DNA of 64,000 bases from Utricularia gibba. Taxonomy: Eukaryota > Plantae > Magnoliophyta. The notes beneath the pieces are model-generated. The model was not told the origin of the DNA. It searched no databases and worked only from the letters and a program-made list of their open reading frames with translations. The translations under genes were made by a program, and so were the position numbers. This document shows positions 1 to 20,706 of this stretch, piece after piece. Within the stretch, counting starts at the first letter, position 1, and each line of letters begins with the position of its first letter. The stretch spans positions 1,426,001-1,490,000 of the forward strand of contig NEEC01000019.1 of the NCBI GenBank assembly GCA_002189035.1. The letters run 5' to 3'.

Positions 1-218
1 TGTACACCCTTCTGAAAGTATGAATTTACATTGTTTGATTTAAAGGAGGTTAGTTATGCACTGGAGCGTTTAGTGGAGTTATATATTCTTACCTCGTTTT
101 GCTTGTAATGTTTGCTGTAGTTGTTTGCTAAATGTTGCGTGCTCTGTAGAGAATACTGATCGAAAGCGCTAAATATGTCCTGGGAGAGCTGACGAGTTGA
201 ATACTTTTTAGTCGCACG

Positions 219-8661
<8,443 letters not shown>

Positions 8662-9066
8662 GGTAACCTCTCTTACTATTTCCATCACCTTTACAGCAAT
8701 ATTTTGCTCCACTTTAATCGCTTCTAAACTTCGCATATTGTCGTTGCAGCAGCATGTGAAAGCTGAGCCTTTGCAATCGCACCGGGGACCTTTAGATTAA
8801 CTAACGACATGTTTCTTTTATATTATTGAATCGTATGATCAGTGTACATAAAACCTTTCCAAATTATTAATGTCCGAACTAAACATCCGCCCAGCGGAGA
8901 AAGAATGCTTGGCGATTAGTTTGTTTTTGCAGAAAGAATGCTTGGAGAAAATCACTACAAATGTGTCATGTTTGAGAATACATGAGAACTTTGCTGAAGC
9001 CCTATGGTAAGCACTAGAAAACGAAAAGAAGACTACTAAAATGGTCATCAGGTTTAGAATGAGCCA

Positions 9067-11030
9067 TTACTTTTCTGCTGAACTCTTGCTAAGGCTTGTA
9101 CGAAGAAAGGTTTTAGCAGGGGGGAACATGGCCACAGCACCTCTATGAGGATCGCAGTACTTGCGACGAACAGCATTGGACTTGTTATCTGCTGTCCCAA
9201 CATGAAGATCGACCAACGATTTTGCACAATCTCTGGATGAAGATGGAAATCGTGGTGAGAGATGATGCAATTGCGACTGAAAGCAGCAGTTAAGAAGAAT
9301 TTTTTTAGGAAGTGCTAAATACTTACATTAGCTGATGCTCTTCATAGCCAGTGTAGAATATCAGAGTTTCAGTCCACAGGGGGCTGCAGTTGAGGGTGCA
9401 ACGCGCAGCATATACTGCAGAAGCAGATATCTTTGATGGACTGTGCTTGATGACGATGGAGTAGTCCATCATGCCGAGTTCACCAAAGAAAAAGGTCATG
9501 TTTTCCATCTGCAGAAAGACCATAAATGAAGGCTTGAACTCTATGATGAAACTGAAAGGAATATGATGAACTTTCCGTGTCTCACCTCTTTATCAGCTGG
9601 AATGGAAGCTTTGACATATCTTGCCAAGAAGACATAAGATGTAGGAACTGTCAGGTACCATTCCAACTTCCCAAGAATGGCTTTCTCCATGAGGAGCACC
9701 TGCTTCCTCACATAGGCATTGTCTGATATTGCTATGAAGTCACTCACCTGTAAGAGAATAGCAGAGGCCAGTTATGCAATTTTGTCTAAATCCTCCAAAA
9801 ACAGGGCCACTTGATATTCCTTTACCTCAGGTGCCCAGATCTCCTCATATTTGCAAGCAATGAGCATCGAGCTAATGCCAACCAGCTGAAGTTCCTGCCT
9901 TGGGACAGTCTTCACAGCTAGAAATCTGTCCACTATGTTCACCGTGAGGTACAAAGTTTCAGGCATCAGTTCAAACTTCTTGTGAACTTCAACCAGCCAA
10001 TCCACAAGGACTCCTCTCATTTTCATACTGATCTCCGGTTGAGTGCCAATGTAGTCATGAACCTTGCCCTCTTCCTCTGCCTCTCTGTAGAATGTGTACA
10101 TATCATCAACATACTCCACTGCTGCTAACTCGTTCTCCTTGTCCAGGGCATCAATGTCCACCACCACCGGCTTCTCAGTAAGCCCACGAGCAGCCTGCAG
10201 AAGAATGCCCAACTTTTAGAGCCTTGAATGCATGACAGAATAAAGCTTCCTGATGCACCAACTACCTTGCTTCTAGCCGTGAGAGTTGCAGTGAGGCTTT
10301 TTCCTGACTTCTTCTTAGATGCTTTCACTTCACCTTTCTGCCTTTTCTCATCATCAGGACTGATGAAAATCTCTCTGGCGTCACTCGTCGGTTGATCAGC
10401 AGCAACACATGATGTCTCCTTTTTAGCTGCGGGTTTTGCCTTTGCAGCAGCCTCTTTACCCACTGAGCCTTCCGTGCTTTTGACCAATGGCTTCTGCAAT
10501 GGATACAGATTATTTCATCATCAGTTCTCTGTCTCAGTATCTCCCATAGGAAAGAAAATACCTTGCAGTGGTTTCTCTGAGCTTCGGCCTGTGCATTAGC
10601 CAAGAGCTGGGCACCAAAACTCCTGGAAAACAGAGCAGCAGTTTAGCTTCAACATTAAGACCAGCCCAACAACGCTATGCCCTTAGGCTTCAGTTGGGCA
10701 GAGAGAACCTCGTCACCGGGCGCCTTGCTACTGGATTATTCTTCTTCTCCGCGGGCGGTGCAATCACCAAGTTCCCAATGTCCTTCAACACCCGTCGATT
10801 TCCATTTCCGTTCTTCTGGTTCCCTCCATCTACCAAATGCCAACAGTGCATTAGAATGAAAAGAGAGATGAACCACAACCCCCAGTTCAAAGACGACGTG
10901 AAGTATAAACCCGCAAGAACCACCAGTATCAACCCAAAGGAAAGATACAATCTTTCGCGAAACTGCAAAAAGCGATAAAAATCATCCATTTACCTCTGGG
11001 TTGGTCAGCAGGAATCACTCTGGTAGCCAT
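9067..11030 (-). CDS. CYCB1: B1-type mitotic cyclin, 8 exons
   Basis: MATRVIPADQPR start; destruction box RRVLKDIGN; SFGAQLLANAQ motif; cyclin box MRGVLVDWLVEVHKKFELMPETLYLTVNIVDRFL; KYEEIWAPEV; stop TAA at 9067-9069. Confidence 0.93.
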
Positions 11031-11172
11031 TTCGCTGTTCCTCACAATACCCAAAAGAAACCCCTCCAAGACTTGCGGATAACCCAAGCGATTTCGCTCC
11101 GAAGAGCCTCCAGATTCCGCCTTGGTGAACACAAAGAAAAGACACAGAAAACACGAACGAGAGGTGTGGATG

Positions 11173-11269
11173 TATATATAATTTTGTAAAAGGGACGGAG
11201 GATTGGCAGCGGGAGGGAGGATCCCCGTCACTGGCAACGGTCATATTTGTTTGAAGTTACTAGCCGTTG
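11173..11269 (-). promoter_or_regulatory. CYCB1 core promoter: TATA-like box plus two MSA (CAACGG) elements in opposite orientation
   Basis: TATATATA 11173-11180; CAACGG 11235-11240; CCGTTG 11264-11269; TTTGAA 11250-11255 between them. MSA elements are the established G2/M cis-element of plant B-type cyclins. Confidence 0.7.
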
Positions 11270-11461
11270 GGGTCCAAAATAATTAATACATTCGCCCTCT
11301 TTTCTTTTACTAACAATGAAATATATTAATAACAAAAAAAAAGGAAAAACTTGTTGTAAATGGGGAATGCTCATGTGCTATTTTGTAATTTAAATTTATT
11401 TTGGAATTTAAATTCAACTTCATGTATTTACGGGTTGATTCGCACATTAAATTCAATAGCA

Positions 11462-13773
11462 TCAGTGAATGGCGGCGGCGGCGGTGGAGAGGGACGGCTG
11501 GTACCAATGCTCCGGCGATCGCGTGATGAAGCTGGCATCTGCATTATTCATATAACAAGCAGTTAAGACACCAGTGTTCTGAAGCTGAAAACAAAAAAAT
11601 ACCTGAAACGAACACATCCTTGTAGTCATCCTCATCGTAGATGAACTGAGGGGGGTCAGGGGATCCCACTCCAACAATCGTGCTTCCGCTGCCGGAGATA
11701 CAAAGACTGTAAGTTTCTAGCTGTTTCGAGAAGCCTTGTGTGGTGACTGAACCATACCTTCCTGACATGAAAACAGCTCTGTATTGTCCTCTACCAGCTG
11801 CAGTGATGCGCTGCTTCAATTTCTTCAGTGATGGGAGGACTTCAAAAGCAGGGGGTTCTGCATGGAACAAGGCGTTTTAGTGTCACTCCCACGTACATTG
11901 AGATGCATCCAACTACAAGTTCATAATATCATCATCCATGATATGATAATCACTTCACAGTAGTACGCAATGAAATGGGTGTGAAACATGTTCAATATAC
12001 CACAGAGAATACCAAAATCGATTTCACATCTGTGTGTGCGAGAAATCGGTGAAGTCATACCAAGATCATTAATGCAAACCTCCTGAGATATTCCACTGGC
12101 TGAGATTTTCTCCAGCAAAGTCAGAGGATCGATTCTGTTGGTTTGATCCAACTGAAGGCGCTGAAAAACCAAAGCATCTTTGGAAGATTAATAAGGATGC
12201 CATTTAACTCTATGAGGTGAACATAACCAGTTATCTAATGTACCTTGTAAACATCAGCAGTGGAGCATGCCTCCGATGGTTTAATCAGAACCATTGGAAA
12301 GTCGCTGGGAGCAGGTGGATGAATATCTTCAACAACCTGAGCTTTTTTTGTAACGAACTGTGACTACATTATACGTATAGTCTGCTGTAACAGAAGTTTT
12401 GGGATGCAAGAAGGCATACCTCACCCCGACCGGTGCAGTATGCAGCTCCATGGGAGAAAAAGAATGGAATATCAGAACCAATCTCACTTGACCACTCCTG
12501 GAGTTCCTTCTCGGTGGCAGCACATCCACTGAACTGATTTGCTGCCCACAATGCGGTAGCAGCATTACTGCTGCCACCTCCAAGACCAGCACCCGTAGGT
12601 ACCTTCTTGTCAAGATGAACCTAATATTTACGTGCACCAGAAAGATGCTTTACATTAGTCCTAGAGAGAATAATTGTATTGCAATGTATGGCTTCATAAA
12701 TTTCTCAAAAGTTACCCAAAAGTAATTGTCAATCCCTGTCTTCTTTCTGAAAAGATTCAGGGCCTTAATGATCTGCACCAAAGAAAGAGAGTCAGATGTT
12801 TAGTTTCATGCAAAATCATCTCGATGAAGAAACAAAGCTCGTTACCAAGTTTCTCTCATCAAGAGGAACACCCGATACAGTAGATGACAGACGATCTGTT
12901 GACTTTGATGGAGACAACGAAAACTTTATCGTATCTCCCAAACTAATTACCTGCAGAGAACATCTAATCAGTATCAATTTCAAGAATGAGAAAATGTTTG
13001 CACGGGCGTTTTTCTGCACTTGAAATCCCTTTTTCCTTACGTTCTAAAACGTTCTACTGTTCAAACAAAGAACGAATAGGCTAGTGCAAAAATACTCATA
13101 AAATCAAATGAAACCTATCCAGGCAGTTATCGAAACACGATAGAAATGCCACAAGGACGCTACTAACATGAAACAATGATGCTAAATCATGATACCCATC
13201 AGCTCTTTTTCCTGTTATCCTCAGAAAAATATTCACCTGCGACCAAAGACGTCTCAAAAGTCAAAAAAAAAAAAATGGAGCTTTCACCCACTAAAGACAA
13301 AAGAAAGAGCGGAGATCACTAATAGGCTTACTTTGCAAGGTGAAAATAACGTTAGCCTTTGCATCCCGCCTCCTTGTCCACTTCATCAGCTAACTTGCTC
13401 ATTCTGTCCTCAAGATCATAAACTACCTGAAAACAGTCTCTAAAACTCTCAGAGCGCCACAGCCACAAACCCAAATCAGGGAACCCAACACCCCCGAAAA
13501 GACGAAACTGGATCAAGAAAATGAGTCGCCCAATCACGATCAGGGAAATCAAAGTTGCCCAAAATTCAATACCTCCACCTTCTTCCTGCTCGTTCTAGAG
13601 TCAGAAGCAGTAGCCCTGACTCGAAGTTTACTAGTAAACCAACGTCTCTCCCCCAAAATGGAGAGCCCATTTCGGATAAGCTGAGAAGGCCCCCTTCTGA
13701 AAGAATGAAACCGTACTTTGGCGTCAGAAGAAGCAGCGAGCTGCTGGCTGCTGAGAAGGTGAGCAGAAGACAT
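11462..13773 (-). CDS. ISPE: 4-diphosphocytidyl-2-C-methyl-D-erythritol kinase (MEP pathway, plastid); apparent 1-nt deletion in exon 2
   Basis: Transit-like N-terminus MSSAHLLSS; FSPCK|VNIFLRITGKRADGYHDLASLFH; GHMP ATP loop KVPTGAGLGGGSSNAA; SEIGSDIPFFFSHGAAYCTGRGE; MSGSGSTIVG. Exon 2 (13332-13426) is 95 nt although both flanking junctions are phase 0. Confidence 0.92.
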
Positions 13774-14517
13774 TGCCAAGAGATAAGCGAATCAAGAACT
13801 GGAGCAGTTACGCCCGCGCCTCCAATTCGTCGGACTTCATCACACTTGACTCGTCCGAAGTAATCTTTTTGCTACCGCCACCGGTGTGCGCCTCGTGCGC
13901 ATATATACATATATTTTTTTTTTCTACATTCGCCACACCCTTTTAACTCAAATAATTATAAATAAAATATGAAATTGTGTATTTATATTAAATATATATT
14001 TATCAGATTGATTAATTATATTAAATTTTAATTCTATTTTAAAATGTTTTTATATTTAGATATAATACAAGTAATAATAAATTCATATATACATTTTTTT
14101 AGTTTTAAAAAAACTTTTAATATTCAACTTTTATTTCATTAGAAATAATTATCGATAAATACTTTTAAAATTAACAAATTTTAATATAAAAGTCTAAAAA
14201 TAAAATTCTCTTTGCTTTAGATAAATACCCATAGAATATTTTTTTAAAAAAATTATAATAAGGATAATTATGTAACCTGAAATGGCCATTATTTACATGA
14301 ATTTCAAGGACACACTATGAGTTGTTTCAGACCTAATGAGACATCTTGTGAAATCCAAAATCTCACATGCAAATAGCAACACCCTAATGTTAAATACATT
14401 CAGTAAACTGCAGCCATTAGAAAGATAGATAGAGAGTAGAACCTGCAGTGTGCAATTCACTGAGACCTGGTTCCTGCACATGTAGTGATCCAGGCATGCT
14501 GGAGGGAGGGGAGGATC

Positions 14518-15395
14518 CTAATCTGGTGAACTTGAGGAAAAGAAAAAGGAAAAGGGATTCCATCTGTTGTGACTATCGCCATTGCTGTTGCCTCCACGAG
14601 CGCTGGTACCACCAGAGCCACTTGGAACTCTGGTGCTTTGATTCGATCTAGCACGGCTGTTTCTGGCACCTTCAGAAGGAAGCTCCACACGGCAGACAGG
14701 GCATGAGTTGTGCTCCACGAGCCAAGGAACGATGCAGTTGGAGTGGTAGATATGTTCACATGGCATCAGTCTGGCTCTGGAACCCAACTCAAATTTGTCT
14801 TGGCAGACGGGGCAGTGAGCATCTGCGTTTATATGCCTTTGAGTGATTTTGATTGTTGGCATTGCATCAATGGCGGAGCGGGGAGCAGGAGGAGGGCCTC
14901 GCCTTTCATTTATGCTAAGCTGTTCAAACAGCTCTTGCAAGCCACGATCTGTGAGGAAACCACTGGGGTCTGTAGGCCTTCTCAATGGTCCATGCATATT
15001 GCTGAAAAATAACTCGAACGGATCGGCGACAGGGGCACCATTTGACTGGCCATGAAATATCAGTACCCGAGATCTGGGACCAGGACCAGGATCAGGATTA
15101 GGGCCACCCCCCTTCCAGATTGCATCCCTGCTCTCGATCTGATTTCGAAATCGGGATTCCGTCCAGCAATTCTACGCCTCATAATTTCAGACAATGCATC
15201 CATAATGCCCAAGCTTGGGTCCTGGAAGGGCTCCCCAACACCAAATACGGAGGGATGATGAGCATCTCTATCCACAACCCCATGTAGCTCTTCAATGAAT
15301 CCTTCATCGCAATAGGGACAAGCCAAACCACGGCCTTGCGGTCGAATTGGCCGGCTACAATGATAGCACCAGTGCGTGTTTCCACCACTTGACAT
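14518..15395 (-). CDS. RING-H2 E3 ubiquitin ligase, RZF1/RING1-like, intronless CDS; apparent frameshift at C6 run 15107-15112
   Basis: N-terminal zinc ribbon HWCYHC..CPYCDEGFIEEL; GPPPAPRSAIDAMPTIKI; RING-H2 CPVCQDKFELG..MPCEHIYHSNCIVPWLVEHNSCPVCR. The two halves lie in different frames. Confidence 0.88.
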
Positions 15396-16664
15396 GCGTT
15401 TATACGATCAACTTACAGAATTCAAATTACACCCAAACCACCAACCTGCATCAAATCTCTTTCAATTCAGCCAATAGAAACAACAAAGAACAAAACTTAA
15501 AGAAAGAGCATGCATAAGAGTCATAAGAGCTTCAATCTCATGTAATCCATCCCGCGCGTTTCGAGTTACACCGATTCAATTCGTAAGACGCGGAAACAAA
15601 CAACATGAACACCAAATACACCTAAATAAACAAAAGCCAGTTCCTCGACGAAAATCCACCGCCACACACAAAACAAACATCAAACAGCTCAGAAAAAAAA
15701 ACTCAGTAAAACTACGAGAAGAAAGCAATCGCAACAAACAGAGTCAAGTTAACCGGCGAAACGCGCTGAATTGACTCCAAAACACCGCGAGAAAGGACAA
15801 GAGGAAACTCCCTCCGGTCCTCGAGGTCAGGTCCCCTGTTTCTGAAAACTCGTGTTTTCACGCTCGCACATGGCGAGTTGCTTTATCTAAAAATCAAGGG
15901 GCATAAAGGTAATATACTTGTAAACAGTTGTAATTTATTTATTTACTTTTTTTTCCTGGCTGATTTTCTTGCCGTTGGAAAATCATATTTTTTTTCTGCG
16001 TCATAAAAAATCATTTATTTTTAAATAAATGTGAGAAAAATGCGAAAAAAAATAATAAATCGAATAAAATCAAAGATACATAATACGATTATAAGCCTCA
16101 GCAGCAGTTCATAACAAAACAAAAAAACTTGTAAAAAAAAAAAATCCCCTAGAGAATGGCGGTGGTATGGATGGAGAAGGACACTGGACTGCCATCATCA
16201 CCTCTAACTCAAGAGAATGCGCTGTGCAGGCCGACCGGCCGGCCGGCCGGCCACCACTTCTCCATCGCCTTGCGCTTCAGCATGACACTGCATTCTCTTG
16301 CTGAATCACCCGGCTTCGGTGGAGGCTTGTCAAATCCAGTAGCAGGAAGACCAGTTTTGGCTTGGAGAGTTGAGGCCAAGAAGGAGTTGCAGGAGCTGTA
16401 CTTCGGCAGAAACAGGGAGCTAAGAGCTTTCTCTTTGTAGTCTGGCTTGAGTCTTCAGGATCAAACAGTTGAAAAAAACAAGCCCGGGTTCTGAGTCGGC
16501 TGCTGTGGGCCTGGAGAAAGCTCCATGGCCGTCGGGAGGACATCTGGTTTCAGTTTCTGATGTGCTCAGGGCAGTTTATTCAGGATCTCTGGAACTGCAT
16601 CTTGTGATCTGTGAAAGGTTGTCACAGGTGCCACTCCAAGCTCCAGGGGAAGAAAAAAAATGAA

Positions 16665-16684
16665 TTTTTTTTTTTTTTTTTTTT
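16665..16684. repeat. T20 homopolymer (A20 on minus strand)
   Basis: Twenty consecutive T at 16665-16684, about 190 nt past the LARP stop codon. Confidence 0.9.
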
Positions 16685-16872
16685 GGTATCTAGATATGGA
16701 CATATCTACCGACCGAGCTGGAACTCCAAACTAATAGAGTGAGGTGCTGCTGCAAGGATGTGCTGTGATCATATCATCCTTGATTCCGTTGTAATCCTGA
16801 GAGAACAGAAGCCATGGGAATGATCAGAACTCCATCAGAACTAGAATGAAGCATCCAGAAATACAGCAGAAT

Positions 16873-18150
16873 TTAGAGAATCACTTGAATGATTCTGAGC
16901 CTGTCGATATCTTGATCATTGGAGGGGGTTTCATTGCCAGAAGTGATGCTCCGTTTCCCTGGATGAGATTCTCTGAGATCAGTATCATCATGAGACTGGA
17001 GATGAGCATCTTCTTTGCTTGATTGAGCTTCAAGTGTAATGTTCTCTACACTTGAAGATTCCATGTGGATCAGTTCAGTAGAACCATCTCCAGCTTGTGG
17101 TGAAGATTTATCTGCTGCTGGGGCCTGAATCCACTTTGACCATTCACCACGCCTCCTTACATATGAACCCTGAAAATATTGAAAGAGGAAGAGTCACTGC
17201 ATAGAAGCAAAACAGAGAACCAGATCTCTCAAACAAACAGTAGCACACCTGCTGCTCGATGGTCGCTGACTTCTTCAGAGCTTCTAAAATAAACGGTATC
17301 CCAACATACAGCCTTCTGATCTGTGAATCATTAAAAATGTATTTGATCAACACAAACCCTCTGGAATTTTGGTAAAAAGTAGATCATGAAGAGAGGAGAA
17401 TCAGTGAAGTCATTACCCTGTTGAATTTGGCGATTTCTGATATTGGAACCCATCCTTCATTATCCATCAAGGATTTCAAGTAGGTATCATTACAGAGGTT
17501 CTCATCACTGCACAAACAATTAAAAGTCACAACAGGGAAGCATCATGCTGTAAAGATATTCAAAAAGTGAACAAAAAGGCCACCAAACTCAAAGAAAATC
17601 TGAAAAAAATGAATAGCGAGACAGTACGGAGAACTCACCAGAAATAATACTCGATCTGCTTTAAAATTTTATCCTGCTGTTCACCTACTGGCACCGTTGG
17701 CATGGCACCTCTTCTGGTGGGATTAGAAGCGACATTCGGTGAATAAGAAGCTGCCGGAGAAGTTCCACGATAAGGAACTGGGTGTTCAAAAACTGCTCTT
17801 GGCGCTCCTGTGTTCCAGTGATTAAGCGTTCCGGCAAGGAGATACACTAAAGATGATTTTGCAAAAAAGGAACAATCTTTAGAAAAAAAAACAATACCTT
17901 GGAAAGAGGCACTTCCAGGAAACACAGGAGGTATATAAAAAGGCCTCATCCCATTGCCTTGCTGCACACAGCCACCCCCAGACACGGCGTTGGGAGTTGC
18001 CGGTGGACGACCATGCTGCTGTACCCAATTACCCGTTCCTCCGACGTAAGCACCACCATGAAATCTAAACTCCGGTCGCACGCGAGGATAAAAACCACAC
18101 GGCACATAAGGTGGCGCGTTTGGATTCAGCCGTCGGCGATTCATCATCAT
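16873..18150 (-). CDS. Short La-related protein with LARP1-type La motif (no DM15 seen); true start may be 18287
   Basis: Spliced La motif KILKQIEYYFCDENLCNDTYLKSLMDNEGWVPISEIAKFNR|IRRLYVGIPFILEALKKSATIEQQ|GSYVRRRGEWSKW; Pro/Gly-rich N-terminal region; TAA at 16873-16875. Confidence 0.82.
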
Positions 18151-18571
18151 CCTGACGTGATGCCCATATGGGTTTGCATGAACAGGAACTATCCAACCAT
18201 AAAAGGGTCTAAAGGATAACCATGGTTACGATATTTATTCCAAATCATGCTCGGATACATGAACTGAGGTGCGAAATTTGCTCTCATATCTTTCAGTCTC
18301 CGCAGTTTTTGCCTCCCAAAAGTTGGCTGCTGTCAACACAAACAAATCAATAAACCATACAACTTAGAAACCATTTAACACTCAAAATGGAGGAAGCAAT
18401 TGTATTTATACAACACCTCAAAATGAGTTCCAATGACAGGGTTCACAACGAACGCCATTTCAGGTCTCCTAGAGAACACTACACAGCAGAAAGAGTTCAA
18501 ACAGACAATAACAACAAGGTAGTTTTTGTTAACAATAGAGATATATTCCTATACATGTAAATAATATGATA

Positions 18572-18589
18572 ATATATATATATATATAT
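18572..18589. repeat. (AT)9 microsatellite at the edge of a very AT-rich intergenic block
   Basis: atatatatatatatatat read directly. Confidence 0.85.
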
Positions 18590-19918
18590 TCGAAATATAT
18601 CGAATCATGTATTTAGATATTTATTTGACACATATAATAATAGTAATATATCTTATTATATTAAATATATATTTTTGTATATTTAATTAATATAATCTAT
18701 TATCTTTAATTTTATTATTAGTATCTTGAAATATTTAATATACCTTTTGAATATAATCACTTGTATTGGGTACATAGTATCTTTTAATATATTTAATATT
18801 AGATGGGTTATTACGTAATACATATATTGAATATATTTAATTTATATAATAATATAATATAATATCGAATTCTATATACCATTGGGTATATTTAGAGATT
18901 ATAGTAAATATAATTTTAAGTATATAATCTAGGCATTAAATCATGTACTCTAAATGTATTGAATAATATATAATTTATTACAAATTCGAATCTACTTATT
19001 AGTATATATACTTTATAGTGCATTTTTAATAAAAGGTATTATTAAATAATTTTTTAATTAAATGTAATTAAATATATTATGCAAAACATAAAGTTATTAT
19101 TTGGTGATAAAAATAATTTTTATTTTAAAGACAATTTAATTTTTGTGAATAATTTAAAAGTATAATACACAATTATATTTATTTATCACATGTATATTAC
19201 ATTTAAATTCATAAATTTGTTTTATTTGAAAATATATCATTTAAATTTTAAATAAATTATCAAATATATGTAGAATGATACTTTTCTTATATAATAATCT
19301 AAGTAGTTTTAGAAAAATCAAGCAAGGAATCCAAAAGGGGAGCATCTCTAATCTCATGCGTCTTATGTATTTTTTTATTCATAGAAGTTAATATTAAATA
19401 TTCTATTTTTTCAAAAACAAATTAAAATACCAATGAAAAATATTATAATTAAAAACAAAGGCCCAAACTCGACAATATTCTTTAAATTATAACATTATAA
19501 TGTTTTTTTCCTTTTAATATATTAAAATTATGAGGGGGCCATCGAATAGGAAAAAAAGAAAGTCATGAGAGCAAATAAATGTAGTGTAATTATTTAAGAA
19601 AATGAGCACACTATACTTCATAGTCCCTATTTTTAGAAGTTTGAAATGGATGGGATTTTTTTATTACTTATTAGAAATAATTTGAGAATTAATCGTGAAA
19701 AATGATTTGGTAACCCTATTTTTCTCACAAAGGAAATATTCACGAAAAATTGAAAATGAAAAAACCATATTAATAAAAATAATTTTTTTTATTCTTGAAA
19801 ATGTGATATTTAATTTTTGCAGCTATCTTGAAAAGGAAAAGGATCTGATTCCCGACATGTTGAAGCTATTTAATTGAGTTGCTTGATTTGTCCTCTGAGA
19901 ACTGTGCGTCCATCGGAA

Positions 19919-20706
19919 ATGGCGGATCAGCTCTCCGACGATCAGATCGCTGAATTCAAAGAAGCTTTTTCACTATTCGACAAGGATGGGGATGGTAGAT
20001 GACAATAACGCCTTTTCCTCCTTTTTCTTTTTTTTTTTTTGAATTCTTAATCGCCTCCGCCTTCCAACTCTTTACAGGATTAAGATTGTCTTCGCCGCGA
20101 ACTGTGGATTTAGTGCCCTTTTTTGTTTTTGATTTTCCGGAATTATTTTTTGTGGGGTTTGTTGCCCCTGTAGTGGTTGCAGGATTTGTTGAAACTGTCA
20201 CTAAGTTTTGTGCTGCGTGATTGGAAGGAAGTACATATAAATTTAGTGGGAAATGATGGTTTTTAGCTGTGAATGTTGTACTGCTGCACTCTTTCCGTTT
20301 GAATCTGGTATATATAACTTCTGTTTTGATAGGTTCCATTACAACTAAGGAGCTAGGTACTGTGATGCGCTCATTGGGACAGCATCCTACTGAGGCTGAA
20401 CTTCAGGACATGATCAATGAAGTGGATGCTGATCAGAGTGGAACAATCGACTTCCCGGAGTTCCTCAACCTTATGGCTCGAAAGTTGCGGGACACAGAAT
20501 CTGAGGAGGAGTTGAAGGAGGCTTTTCGTGTTTTCGACAAGGATCAGAATGGGTTCATTTCTGCTGCTGAACTTCGTCATGTGATGACAAATCTTGGGGA
20601 GAAGCTAACCGATGAGGAGGTTGATGAGATGGTCCGTGAGGCGGATGTGGATGGCGATGGACAGATCAACTACGAGGAGTTTGTCAAAGTTATGATGGCC
20701 AAGTGA
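19919..20706 (+). CDS. CaM: Calmodulin, 149 aa, 2 exons, divergent isoform
   Basis: Exon 1 19919-19994 [26 protein letters not shown]; conserved phase-1 intron; exon 2 20333-20706 with remaining EF-hands ending [11 protein letters not shown]. Confidence 0.96.
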
